64,000 nucleotides of DNA from Candidatus Aminicenantes bacterium UBA1061 (lineage in GTDB: Bacteria > Acidobacteriota > Aminicenantia > Aminicenantales > Saccharicenantaceae), in NCBI GenBank assembly GCA_002316315.1, contig DCDG01000022.1, positions 51 through 64,050 on the forward strand. Reading direction: 5' to 3'. Below are positions 37,437 through 46,529 of this stretch, piece after piece (position 1 is the first letter of the stretch; the number at the start of each line of letters is the position of its first letter). Below the pieces are notes generated by a model, which saw only the letters and a program-made list of their open reading frames with translations, was not told the origin of the DNA and searched no databases. The translations under genes and the position numbers were made by a program.

Positions 37437-38617
37437 TATTTCAGGCTCTTAATAACCTCTTCCAGCTTTTCGACACATTCATCTATCTGAGTTTTCTCTA
37501 CAATATAAGGGGGTAAAAAGCGGACAACACTGCTCCCTGCAGGCACAGCCAGTATTTTTCTCTTTTGAAGATCTTTAATAATAGAATCCCTTCTCTCCTT
37601 GAATTCCATACCGATCATCAAACCTTTGCCCCTGACTTCAACTATCAAGTTTGATTTAATTTTCCTTAATCTGCCTGAAAAATAATCTCCGATTTCTTTT
37701 ACATGCAGGAAAAGAGCATCATTTAGTAATTCCAGCGTGGCCAGCAGGCCAGCACAGGCCAGAGGATTACCACCGAAAGTAGAAGTGTGGATTGATCTTG
37801 GTATTTTCTCTGCAATTTCTCTTGAAACCAGTGTTGCTCCGAAAGGCAGCCCACCGGCCAGGCCCTTTCCCAGGCAGAGAATATCCATCTCCTCTATCTC
37901 TTCATCCGAAGCCAAAAATGAACCTGTCCGACCAGCTCCAGCCTGAATCTCATCCAGGATGAGCAACACCCCCCTTTGCTGACAAATTCTTCTGACTTCT
38001 CTCAGGTAACCTTCAGCTGGAACGTTAATCCCACCTTCACCCTGTATCGGTTCAAGGAGAAAAGCAGCTACATTATTATCGGCTGCTTCTTCCAGAGAAT
38101 CGAGGTCGTTATAGGGTATAAATTTAAAATCCCATAATAATGGCTCAAAAGGCATCCGGTATTTTGGCTGGTAAGTAGCGGACAAAGCCCCCAGGGTCTT
38201 ACCATGAAATCCCCCACCGCAAGAAAGGAATTTCTTACGGCCGGTGGCTAAAACAGCAAACTTAAGAGCAGCTTCAATCGCCTCCGCCCCTGAACTGGAA
38301 AATTGAACTCTACTTAATCCATGACCACATCTTGAAACCAGCTCTTGAGCAGCCAGAGCCCTGAGATCATTATTAAAACTGCCATGTAGAGTCATCAACT
38401 CAGGCAATTCAGCCGCTATTTTCTGAGTTAGATAAAGATGGTTATAGCCGAAGATGTTAACACCATAATTACTCATTAGATCAAGATACTTTTCTCCGGA
38501 TTCATCAATCAAATAGCAGCCTTCACCCCGGACAAAAGTAAGGCCTCGGTTGATATATGAATCTACCAGATATCTTCTTTGCAATATTTCAAATTTTCTT
38601 CCCTGTTCAATCAGCAT
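37436..38617 (-). CDS. lysJ: Class III aminotransferase, LysJ/ArgD type ([LysW]-aminoadipate semialdehyde / acetylornithine aminotransferase)
   Basis: GGGFHGKTLGALS and LILDEIQAGAGRTG. 393 aa. LysW-operon context. Confidence 0.8.
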   Translation of the reverse strand: MLIEQGRKFEILQRRYLVDSYINRGLTFVRGEGCYLIDESGEKYLDLMSNYGVNIFGYNHLYLTQKIAAELPELMTLHGSFNNDLRALAAQELVSRCGHGLSRVQFSSSGAEAIEAALKFAVLATGRKKFLSCGGGFHGKTLGALSATYQPKYRMPFEPLLWDFKFIPYNDLDSLEEAADNNVAAFLLEPIQGEGGINVPAEGYLREVRRICQQRGVLLILDEIQAGAGRTGSFLASDEEIEEMDILCLGKGLAGGLPFGATLVSREIAEKIPRSIHTSTFGGNPLACAGLLATLELLNDALFLHVKEIGDYFSGRLRKIKSNLIVEVRGKGLMIGMEFKERRDSIIKDLQKRKILAVPAGSSVVRFLPPYIVEKTQIDECVEKLEEVIKSLK

Positions 38618-38648
38618 AGCTTTTTTCCTTTAACGCTATTTATTTCCC

Positions 38649-39449
38649 TTAGCTTATTACTGTCCCTTTTCCTTCCAGAGCATTTAAGATGGGATTTTCT
38701 ATTCGGCCATCCGCCCAGTAAATAACATCCACCCCACCCTCCATAGCTCTTTTGGCCCCAAGTATTTTCTTTTTCATCCTGCCTCTGGCAAAAGCTAAAT
38801 AGTCTTCAATTTTTTCCTTCTCCACTCTGGGAACAAGTGTACTTTCATCATCTGGATTCTCCAGCAGCCCTGGATTTTCAAACAGGACAACCAGCTTTCT
38901 AATTTTTAGCTTCTCGGCCATAATCGCTATAGCCCAGTCATTATCAGTATTAACAATTTCCTTTTCAAAACTTATAGCCGGCGAACAGATGACCGGAAGA
39001 TAATTGTTTTCTACGAGAAGATTGATTAATTCTGTATTAATTTCTTCTACCCTGCCAGTTAGATTATCTTTAAGGAGGATCACTCTGTCACCTTCCCTGG
39101 CCATTATTTCTTTTTTAGCTTTAGCCTGCCAGAGCCCGCCATCTACTCCTGACAGGCCAACTGCCCTGACACCTTCCTTCTGGAGTCTGGCCACAACCTT
39201 TTTGTTGACCAGACCGGCATAAGCCATTAAAAAGACCTCAAGCAGTTGCTGGTCAGTATAGACGCTGGTTATGCCTGAGGGAGAGACAACAGTTTTAATC
39301 GGAATAGACAGCCTGCTGGCCAGGTTATCTCGATAATAGCTGGCTCCGTGAACCAGAACCACTTTTTCCCTGGAAATTAAATAAGAAATGTCCCGGGCAA
39401 TTCCATCCCAGTTAATGTCTCTCCCGCCGCCGGCTTTAATTAAAAGCAT
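38649..39449 (-). CDS. lysZ: Amino-acid kinase family, LysZ/ArgB type ([LysW]-aminoadipate kinase)
   Basis: MLLIKAGGG...VVLVHGAS. 266 aa, AAK fold. Context. Confidence 0.8.
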   Translation of the reverse strand: MLLIKAGGGRDINWDGIARDISYLISREKVVLVHGASYYRDNLASRLSIPIKTVVSPSGITSVYTDQQLLEVFLMAYAGLVNKKVVARLQKEGVRAVGLSGVDGGLWQAKAKKEIMAREGDRVILLKDNLTGRVEEINTELINLLVENNYLPVICSPAISFEKEIVNTDNDWAIAIMAEKLKIRKLVVLFENPGLLENPDDESTLVPRVEKEKIEDYLAFARGRMKKKILGAKRAMEGGVDVIYWADGRIENPILNALEGKGTVIS

Positions 39450-39451
39450 TT

Positions 39452-40474
39452 TTAATCCTGTCCATATTTTTCCATGAAAGTCATAACGTCTTCCTCGGTC
39501 GTTTTCCCGGAGACCAGACTCTTAATGATTAAATTGCGCCTGGCACCAATGACCGCAGGTGGAATCGGCTCATATTTTTGTGGACCAAAGTTTATCAGGG
39601 CATTGAGGTGTATCCCGGCTTTATGGGCAAAACCGTTGTCAAGATTAGTCATCAGGTTCATCGGTACTTCCATCTGGCAAATTCTGGCTACATAATTTTC
39701 AGCTGCGGTCAGAACTTTTAAATTGTATCTGGAAGTCAAGGCCGGATTGATCTTATAAAGATTGACCAGAAGACTGCTCAAAGGAGTTATACCGGTTCTC
39801 TCCCCAATACCGAGCAAAGAAGTATCAACCCAGTTAGCCCCGGCCCTTAAAGCTGAAATAGCATTGCTGATGGAATGTCCGAGGTCATTGTGAAAGTGGA
39901 CTTCGAGATCAGTCTTAAATCGGGAGCGGATTTCACTTATTTTTTCATAGACTTCCCAGGGCAAGGCCGTGCCCAGCGTGTCAGGCAGGCCGATTCTCTC
40001 TACATTTAAAGAGCCAGCCAGCTCATAAATCTCAAGGATTAGCTCAAACGGCTGATGGAATAAATCCTCAGCACTTACCCTCGTTTCAACTTTATGTTTC
40101 TTGGCCAGAAGAATATTATTTTCAAGATTCTTCAGGTAGTCTTGAGGTGTCAAATTAAGGGCAGCAATTCTTTCCGGATCAGCCGTGCAAAGGATATTCA
40201 ATCCATCAACCTGGCATTCTAAGGATTTTTCTATATCCTTCCGATTATTTCTAATATGAGACAGAATCTTCGTCTGGGAATTCCCCTTGAGGTTGACCAG
40301 CTTTCTCACCATTTCAGCCACCTCTTCTTTTACCGGATTACTGACTTCAATGTAATCAACTCCGATGGCCATTAAATAACTGAAGATCTCGAGATGTTCC
40401 TCCAGGCGAAAACTGGCTCTGGAAAATTGGAGACCTTCCCTTAGGGTGGAATCAATTATTCCTTTGAAATTCAT
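39452..40474 (-). CDS. Homocitrate synthase / 2-isopropylmalate synthase-family (HMGL-like) enzyme, catalytic domain only
   Basis: IIDSTLREGLQ and the metal ligands HFHNDLGHSISN. 340 aa, with no LeuA-type regulatory domain. Confidence 0.75.
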   Translation of the reverse strand: MNFKGIIDSTLREGLQFSRASFRLEEHLEIFSYLMAIGVDYIEVSNPVKEEVAEMVRKLVNLKGNSQTKILSHIRNNRKDIEKSLECQVDGLNILCTADPERIAALNLTPQDYLKNLENNILLAKKHKVETRVSAEDLFHQPFELILEIYELAGSLNVERIGLPDTLGTALPWEVYEKISEIRSRFKTDLEVHFHNDLGHSISNAISALRAGANWVDTSLLGIGERTGITPLSSLLVNLYKINPALTSRYNLKVLTAAENYVARICQMEVPMNLMTNLDNGFAHKAGIHLNALINFGPQKYEPIPPAVIGARRNLIIKSLVSGKTTEEDVMTFMEKYGQD

Positions 40475-40496
40475 TTCAATCTCCCTGTCATTATTT

Positions 40497-41552
40497 TTAG
40501 ACCGGATGAAGTCCGGTAAATTCCAGGCTGGTTTCCTCTGGAAAGCCAGACATCAGATTAAGGCACTGGACAGCATTGCCGGCCGCGCCCTTGACTAAAT
40601 TATCAATTGCTCCGATGATGACCAGCCTGGAAGTCCTGCTTTCGAGTTCAAAACCCAGATCACAAAAATTTGTCCCCTGTAAGATTTTAGGTTCAGGATA
40701 ACGATATAATCCCCGGTTCATTTTAATTATCCGGACAAAAGGTTCATTTCCGTATTCTTTCTTTAGAATCCCTCGGATTTCTTTTTCACTAATTTCCTTA
40801 TCAAGAAAGGTGTGAATGGTGACCAGAATTCCTCTGACCATTTCCACCGCCGTAGCTGAAATACCAACGGCTATATCACCTGAAAAAGGTCTGAGCGCCT
40901 GCTCGATCTCAGCCTGGTGGCGGTGATTGGTTGGTTTATAAGAACGGATGGCCCCTGCTCTTTCCGGATGATGGCTGGCCCAGGAAGCCTTACTCCCGGC
41001 CTGAGAACTGCTCATTTTAGCATCAATAATGATGGGATGGTTTTTAATGATGTTGTTTTTTATAAAAGGATAGAGACAGAGAATGGAAACTGCCGCTTCA
41101 CAGCCTGGTCCGGCTACATAACGCGCAGATTTTATTTCCTGGCGGTAAATCTCTGGCAGGCCATAAACGAAAGTGGGAAGTAAATCCGGCCTCGTATGTT
41201 CTGTACCATACCAGAGCTGCCACTCAGCTGCGTCCTTGAGCCTGAAGTCAGCCCCGAGATCAATAATTTTTTCCGACAGGCCGAGCCATTTTTCCATGCC
41301 AGGCATTGATTCACCATTAGGCAGGGCTAAGAAAATTAAATCGCAAGGTTTAACTTCATCCGGACTCAAAAATTTTAAATCTGTTATTCCCCTCAAGTTA
41401 GGGTGGAGAAGAGAAACCTCAAGATGGGCAAATTTCCGGCTGGTAACCTGGTTGATTCTTACTTGAGGATGTCTGAGGAGAAGACGCAGCAACTCACCTC
41501 CGACATATCCAGAGCCGCCGACAATCGTTACTTCCAACAGATCCTTTTTCAT
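40497..41552 (-). CDS. lysY: LysY/ArgC-type semialdehyde-forming reductase ([LysW]-aminoadipyl-phosphate reductase)
   Basis: VTIVGGSGYVGGELLRLL and the active-site region VAGPGCEAAVSIL. Confidence 0.85.
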   Translation of the reverse strand: MKKDLLEVTIVGGSGYVGGELLRLLLRHPQVRINQVTSRKFAHLEVSLLHPNLRGITDLKFLSPDEVKPCDLIFLALPNGESMPGMEKWLGLSEKIIDLGADFRLKDAAEWQLWYGTEHTRPDLLPTFVYGLPEIYRQEIKSARYVAGPGCEAAVSILCLYPFIKNNIIKNHPIIIDAKMSSSQAGSKASWASHHPERAGAIRSYKPTNHRHQAEIEQALRPFSGDIAVGISATAVEMVRGILVTIHTFLDKEISEKEIRGILKKEYGNEPFVRIIKMNRGLYRYPEPKILQGTNFCDLGFELESRTSRLVIIGAIDNLVKGAAGNAVQCLNLMSGFPEETSLEFTGLHPV

Positions 41553-41561
41553 GTTCCTGCC

Positions 41562-42416
41562 TCAGAAACGATTCTCCTTTAAATATCTCAAGCAATAATC
41601 AACAATCGCTGAGGAAATGCTGACTCCAGTTGGCTCTTCAGAATTTCTGAATTCCATGGTGTGATTGACTTCATTTACTTTGAATCCATCTTTAGTTTCA
41701 AATATATCGAGAGCCAATAATCCTTCGCCGACTGCCCGGGCGGCCAGCCTTGATACTTCTACCAGTTCATCGCTCAGCGGACAGTTCTCAGTCTTTGCTC
41801 CTCTGGCTGTATTGGTTATCCAGTGCTCCGATGTCCGGTAAACAGCACAAATAACTTCCTGACCGATGACAAAGGCTCTTATATCACGCCCATTTTTTTC
41901 TACATATTCCTGTAGATAAAGGGCTTTTTGCTGCGGGCTTCCCAGGACATCCTTATGCTCAAAAACCGCTTCCAGTGCATCCATGTCATTTACCTTGGCC
42001 AGCAGCCGGCCCCAGGACCCAAGAGGTGGTTTGATTACTACCGGAAAGCCGCCCAGATGATCAACCGCTTCGATAGCTTTCTCCAGATTAAAGGCCAGAG
42101 CAAATTTCGGAGTGGGAACACCTGCTTTTAATAGACACATAGAAGTTAAAAACTTGTCCTGACAGATAGTCGCCAACTTTAAACTGTTCAAGACAGGAAC
42201 TCCAAGTGATTCGAAAAATGAAATGGCATAATTGCCTTTAACCGTAGAAACCGACCTTCCCAGAGCCAGGTCAAAATCAACTTCAAAACGATCAGGATCT
42301 AATATTGTCTCCCTTAAATCGATAGGCTTGACCTCTATCCCTTTTCTCATTGCAGATTCGATAATAAGCTTTTCTTCTTTTCTGATGGTCGAATGCAACA
42401 GAGCCAGTCTCGTCAT
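41562..42416 (-). CDS. lysX: RimK-type ATP-grasp ligase LysX ([LysW]--2-aminoadipate/glutamate ligase)
   Basis: Collinear by eye with Thermus LysX as I remember it: GFPVVIKPPLGSWGRLLAKV, YLQEYVEKNGRDIRAFV, HWITNTARGAKTENCPL, NEVNHTMEFRNS. Confidence 0.88.
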   Translation of the reverse strand: MTRLALLHSTIRKEEKLIIESAMRKGIEVKPIDLRETILDPDRFEVDFDLALGRSVSTVKGNYAISFFESLGVPVLNSLKLATICQDKFLTSMCLLKAGVPTPKFALAFNLEKAIEAVDHLGGFPVVIKPPLGSWGRLLAKVNDMDALEAVFEHKDVLGSPQQKALYLQEYVEKNGRDIRAFVIGQEVICAVYRTSEHWITNTARGAKTENCPLSDELVEVSRLAARAVGEGLLALDIFETKDGFKVNEVNHTMEFRNSEEPTGVSISSAIVDYCLRYLKENRF

Positions 42417-42461
42417 CTTGTTAAATCCTTATTGTTTATCCTTTTATCCTTTGATTCCAGC

Positions 42462-42641
42462 TTACTGTCCCCAGTCCTCTTCAATGGCTGGAGCCTCCCT
42501 CAAAGAAGCCCGATGGTCATCAATGGCCTCAACCACCAAGACAGAATGACAATCAGGACAGCTAAGAATTTCTGAGACCAAAATGTCCTCTTTAAGACTG
42601 ACCTCGGCCTCACATATCGGGCAAGTTCCTTCCATGCTCAT
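42462..42641 (-). CDS. lysW: Amino-group carrier protein LysW (59 aa; below the ORF-track length cut-off)
   Basis: The minus strand reads ATGAGCATGGAAGGAACTTGCCCG...GAAGAGGACTGGGGACAGTAA, giving MSMEGTCPICEAEVSLKEDILVSEILSCPDCHSVLVVEAIDDHRASLREAPAIEEDWGQ*. It has a CPxC...CPDC zinc ribbon and an acidic EDWG tail. GGAGG lies 8 nt upstream, and the gene is 45 nt upstream of lysX. Confidence 0.85.
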   Translation of the reverse strand: MSMEGTCPICEAEVSLKEDILVSEILSCPDCHSVLVVEAIDDHRASLREAPAIEEDWGQ

Positions 42642-42677
42642 TGGCAGTTCCTCCTTAAGATCAATTTTTCGAAGGGC

Positions 42678-42706
42678 ATTATGAAGAGACGTCAGCAGTA
42701 AGTCAA
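42678..42706 (-). promoter_or_regulatory. Sigma70-like promoter of the lysW operon
   Basis: The minus strand reads TTGACT, a 17-nt spacer (tactgctgacgtctctt), then CATAAT, about 35 nt upstream of the lysW ATG. Confidence 0.5.
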
Positions 42707-42755
42707 ATATTTAAATAATTTTTACTTTTTTCTTATTTTATGTTAAATATTTAAC

Positions 42756-43424
42756 ATGATTACGATCTCAGAGGTCACTGAAAGTATCATCAAGAAATCC
42801 CCTTATTTAGAAGAGGCTCTTGCTCTTGGTATCATCAATCTGTCCGGTCTGGCCAGGGTGATCAAACCGGAAATAGAAAAGCAGTTGATGAAGACAGTTC
42901 AGGATGGGGCCATAATAATGGGACTAAAGCGTTTATCACAGAAAATCAAAGTGGCTAAAAAAGGGCAGAAAAGGCTTTTCCCCGAACCACCAGATCTGAT
43001 GGTCAGATCAAACCTTCTGGAAATAACCATTCCTAATTCAGACACCTTGTTGCTCAAGCAGAAAAGGCTACTCGACAAAATCAAGTCCATGAAGAATTAT
43101 TTTCTTACTTTTACGCAGGGGATTTACGAAACAACCATCATCGTCAGCAAGAATCTGGAAGATAGCCTGAACGAGATATTCAAGGATGAGAAGATAATTT
43201 CCAGGTTTGATAATCTGTCGTCAATTACGATCCAGTTGCCGCCAGGCTCCACCTCCATCCCCGGTATCTATAATTATATTTTGAGACCTCTTGCCTGGGA
43301 GGGCATCAACCTCATTGAAGTCGTTTCCACCTTCAATGAATTCACCATCATCCTGCAGGATAAAAACATCCATCAGGCTTTTTCTATTTTAAAGCGGCTA
43401 TTTGAGCCGGCTAAAAGAGGATGA
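42756..43424 (+). CDS. ACT-domain-containing protein (aspartokinase-regulatory-domain-like)
   Basis: 222 aa. The C-terminal GIYNYILRPLAWEGINLIEVVSTFNEFTIILQDKNIHQAFSILKRLF resembles the ACT fold of aspartokinases. Divergent from lysW. Confidence 0.55.
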   Translation: MITISEVTESIIKKSPYLEEALALGIINLSGLARVIKPEIEKQLMKTVQDGAIIMGLKRLSQKIKVAKKGQKRLFPEPPDLMVRSNLLEITIPNSDTLLLKQKRLLDKIKSMKNYFLTFTQGIYETTIIVSKNLEDSLNEIFKDEKIISRFDNLSSITIQLPPGSTSIPGIYNYILRPLAWEGINLIEVVSTFNEFTIILQDKNIHQAFSILKRLFEPAKRG

Positions 43425-43495
43425 GCCAGGGCCAGGAGCAGCCTCATACACTGCCCACAAGGAAATAACTATTGATCTTATTGAACCTTATTAAA

Positions 43496-44413
43496 TCACG
43501 GGGGGCACTTGGCACATAAAGACCTGAAGAGCCTGGCGCTTAAATAGCGCTCTCCTCTATCGGGCAATAAAGTTACAATCGTTCCGCTCTCCATATCTCT
43601 CGCCAGCCGCAATGCTCCGGCCACAGCTGCACCGCTGGACATGCCAACCAGCAATCCTTCTCTGGTTGCCAGCAGCCTGGTTATTTTAATAGCCTCATCA
43701 TCTTCAACAGTAATTTTTCTATCTAAGATTCCAGGATTATATATCTTGGGCACCATGGATTCTTCCAGATTTTTCAGTCCCTGAATAGCATGTCGCTTTC
43801 CGGGCTCAACACCAACTATTTTTACCCCCGGCTTTTTCTCCTTTAGATACTGGCCGACACCCATCAAAGTTCCTGTGCTCCCAATGCCAGCCACAAAAGC
43901 GTCAATTTCACCCCCGGTTTGTGAAAAAATTTCCGGTCCTGTAGTTTTGTAATGAGAAATGACATTATTTTCATTTTCAAATTGATTTGGCAGGTAATAT
44001 TTATCCGGTTCTTTCTCCAGAATCTCATAGGCTCTTTTTATGGCTCCATCTGTGCCTTCTTCACCTGGTGTCAGCAGCACCTCCGCTCCAAAAGCTTCCA
44101 GTATTTGCCGCCTCTCGGGTGTGACACAAGCTGGTATAACCAGCTTAACTTTGTATCCTTTTACCGCCCCGATCATGGCCAGGGCAATACCCATATTACC
44201 TGAGGTTGGCTCAAGAATAATTTTATCTCTGGTCAACTCCCCTGAAGCCTCGGCCTTCTTTATCATGTAATAAGCGGGCCTATCTTTGACTGAGCCACCT
44301 GGATTAAGCCCCTCCAGCTTGCCATAAATCTTTACTTTGGGGTTCTGATTTAAATGGGTTAATTCTACCAACGGTGTGTGGCCGATGGCAGCAAGCAAGT
44401 TATGATTATTCAT
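43496..44413 (-). CDS. cysM: Cysteine synthase (O-acetylserine/O-phosphoserine sulfhydrylase), CysM-like
   Basis: Start moved to MNNHNLLAAIGHTPLV (ATG 44413). LEGLNPGGSVKDR, TSGNMGIALA, GIGSTGTLMG, MSSGAAVAGAL. Closer by eye to E. coli CysM than to CysK. Confidence 0.8.
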   Translation of the reverse strand: MNNHNLLAAIGHTPLVELTHLNQNPKVKIYGKLEGLNPGGSVKDRPAYYMIKKAEASGELTRDKIILEPTSGNMGIALAMIGAVKGYKVKLVIPACVTPERRQILEAFGAEVLLTPGEEGTDGAIKRAYEILEKEPDKYYLPNQFENENNVISHYKTTGPEIFSQTGGEIDAFVAGIGSTGTLMGVGQYLKEKKPGVKIVGVEPGKRHAIQGLKNLEESMVPKIYNPGILDRKITVEDDEAIKITRLLATREGLLVGMSSGAAVAGALRLARDMESGTIVTLLPDRGERYLSARLFRSLCAKCPP

Positions 44414-44494
44414 TTTTATCCCTCTTTTATTCCTCTCTGTTTGCTGATAAAAATTCAAAAAACTAAGCTTTTAGCTCATATTATAGCTGCCGTG

Positions 44495-45283
44495 TCAACT
44501 CACCTGCTCGATGGCCTGGTTGGTTTCCTTAATAAAGTTTTGAACATTTTCCTTCCCACCTGAATTAAACAAATTAATCAAATGGCTGCCGACAACAGCC
44601 ATGTCTACTTTGCCAATCAGATTTGTTATCTGTTCAACCGAGGATATTCCAAAGCCCGCCGCCAGAGGGAGGTCGGTATAAGCTTTTACCCGGTCAATAA
44701 AATCGACACTTTTTATCTCCATTCCATTCCTGGCCCCGGTAACACCAACCCTGAGCGTAATATAAATAAAGCCTTCAGCTCTCTTTAGTATTTTCTTCAA
44801 CCTTGAAAGAGACAAACCTGCTGACAGGACCTGAATTCCGACAAGGTTACACTCTTTAAGCCAAAAATAATAATCATCATAACCTCTCTCATCAAAAGGC
44901 AGGTCAGGAATGATTAACCCGCTGACCCCGCAAGCAGCGCTTTCGGAAACAAATCGCTCCAAACCCAGGGTGTAAGCCAGATTGGCATAGGTCATAAAAA
45001 GAAGTGGAAGTTTAACCTCGTCTCTTATTTCCTCTATCATTTTGAGACAGAGCTTCGGCGTCAGGCCATTTTGAAGAGCTTTATGATTAGCTGCCATGAT
45101 AGTTGGTCCGTCAGCCAATGGATCCGTGAAAGGAATCTGCACCTCGATCATATCAGCCCCGGCTTCAGCCATGGCTAGTATCAAATTCTGGCTGGTTTCA
45201 AGATCTGGATAGCCAGCTACTACATGAGTCATAATCTTCAGCCTTTTTTTCTTGGCAAAAACTTCTTCAATTGATCCGTTCAC
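44495..45283 (-). CDS. trpA: Tryptophan synthase alpha chain
   Basis: MTHVVAGYPDLETS...ADMIEVQIPFTDPLADGPTI. Confidence 0.92.
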   Translation of the reverse strand: MNGSIEEVFAKKKRLKIMTHVVAGYPDLETSQNLILAMAEAGADMIEVQIPFTDPLADGPTIMAANHKALQNGLTPKLCLKMIEEIRDEVKLPLLFMTYANLAYTLGLERFVSESAACGVSGLIIPDLPFDERGYDDYYFWLKECNLVGIQVLSAGLSLSRLKKILKRAEGFIYITLRVGVTGARNGMEIKSVDFIDRVKAYTDLPLAAGFGISSVEQITNLIGKVDMAVVGSHLINLFNSGGKENVQNFIKETNQAIEQVS

Positions 45284-46529
45284 CGTTGGCCTCCTCTTTC
45301 AAAAATCTCAACCAGCCTTCACCATCAAGTTCCTTAGCTGCAACAAATAAATCCTTATCACCTCGGCCGGAGATATTAACCACCATTATTTGCCGCCCGG
45401 AAAATTCCACGGCGATTTTAAGGGCGTAAGCGACAGCATGAGCCGACTCAAGGGCTGGTATAATACCTTCGGTCTGGCAAAGCGTCTTAAAAGCGGTCAG
45501 GGCTTCCACATCTGTCACCTGGTCAAAGCAGATTCTCCCGGCATCATGAAGGTAAGCCAGCTCCGGTCCAAGACCGGCATAATCAAGGCCAGCACTGATT
45601 GAATGGGTCGGCTGCACCTGCCCCTCATCATCCAGGATAAAATAGGATTTGTAGCCCTGGACAATACCTTTTCTGGGATTTTCCCCCAGCCTTCGGGCAT
45701 TTTCTCCCTGGCCTGGGCCCAGGCCTCCAGCTTCAACCCCATAAAGTTTCACATTTTTATCTTCCAAAAAAGGATAGAAAAGCCCGATGGAGTTAGAACC
45801 ACCGCCAACGCAGGCCACCAGGACATCAGGCAGCCTGTTCTCATAAGCTCGCAGCTGGGCTTTAACTTCCCGGCCAATGACCGACTGAAAATCCCTAACC
45901 ATCAGTGGATAAGGAAAAGGTCCAACGGCTGAACCAAGCAAATAATGCGTATCCTCCAGATGTTCAATCCAGTATTTTAAGGCCGCATTGACCGCATCCT
46001 TAAGAGTTTTTGTGCCGTCTCTCACCGGAACTATCTCTGCTCCCATGGTTTTCATAAAAAAGACGTTGGGATACTGCCTTTTGATATCAACCTCGCCCAT
46101 GAATATCCGGCTCTTCAAGCCAAACCTCGCCGCCACCGCCGCCGTAGCCAGACCATGCTGTCCGGCTCCTGTCTCCGCTACCAGACAGGTCTTGCCCATT
46201 TTTCTGGCCAGCAAGGCCTGCCCGAGAGCATTATTTATTTTATGGGCACCCGTCTGACAGAGCGACTCAAGTTTTAGATAAATCTTACATCCTCTACCGA
46301 GCCTGGTGAGATTCTCAGCGAAATAGAGCGGCGTCGGACGGCCGGCATAGTTTTTTCTTAAATGTTCCAGCTCGTTTTGGAATTCCTGGCTTTCCCGGTA
46401 GTGAAAATAAGCCCCGGACAATTCTTCCAGAGCCGGGACGAGCATTTCAGGCACATATCTTCCGCCATAATCACCAAAATAGCGGTTTTCCCCTGCCGTC
46501 TTTGACCTCTTCTTTCTCTTTTGTTCCAT
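45267..46529 (-). CDS. trpB: Tryptophan synthase beta chain
   Basis: YFGDYGGRYVPE, QTGAHKINNALGQ (PLP lysine), GGGSNSIG. Confidence 0.95.
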   Translation of the reverse strand: MEQKRKKRSKTAGENRYFGDYGGRYVPEMLVPALEELSGAYFHYRESQEFQNELEHLRKNYAGRPTPLYFAENLTRLGRGCKIYLKLESLCQTGAHKINNALGQALLARKMGKTCLVAETGAGQHGLATAAVAARFGLKSRIFMGEVDIKRQYPNVFFMKTMGAEIVPVRDGTKTLKDAVNAALKYWIEHLEDTHYLLGSAVGPFPYPLMVRDFQSVIGREVKAQLRAYENRLPDVLVACVGGGSNSIGLFYPFLEDKNVKLYGVEAGGLGPGQGENARRLGENPRKGIVQGYKSYFILDDEGQVQPTHSISAGLDYAGLGPELAYLHDAGRICFDQVTDVEALTAFKTLCQTEGIIPALESAHAVAYALKIAVEFSGRQIMVVNISGRGDKDLFVAAKELDGEGWLRFLKEEANGERIN

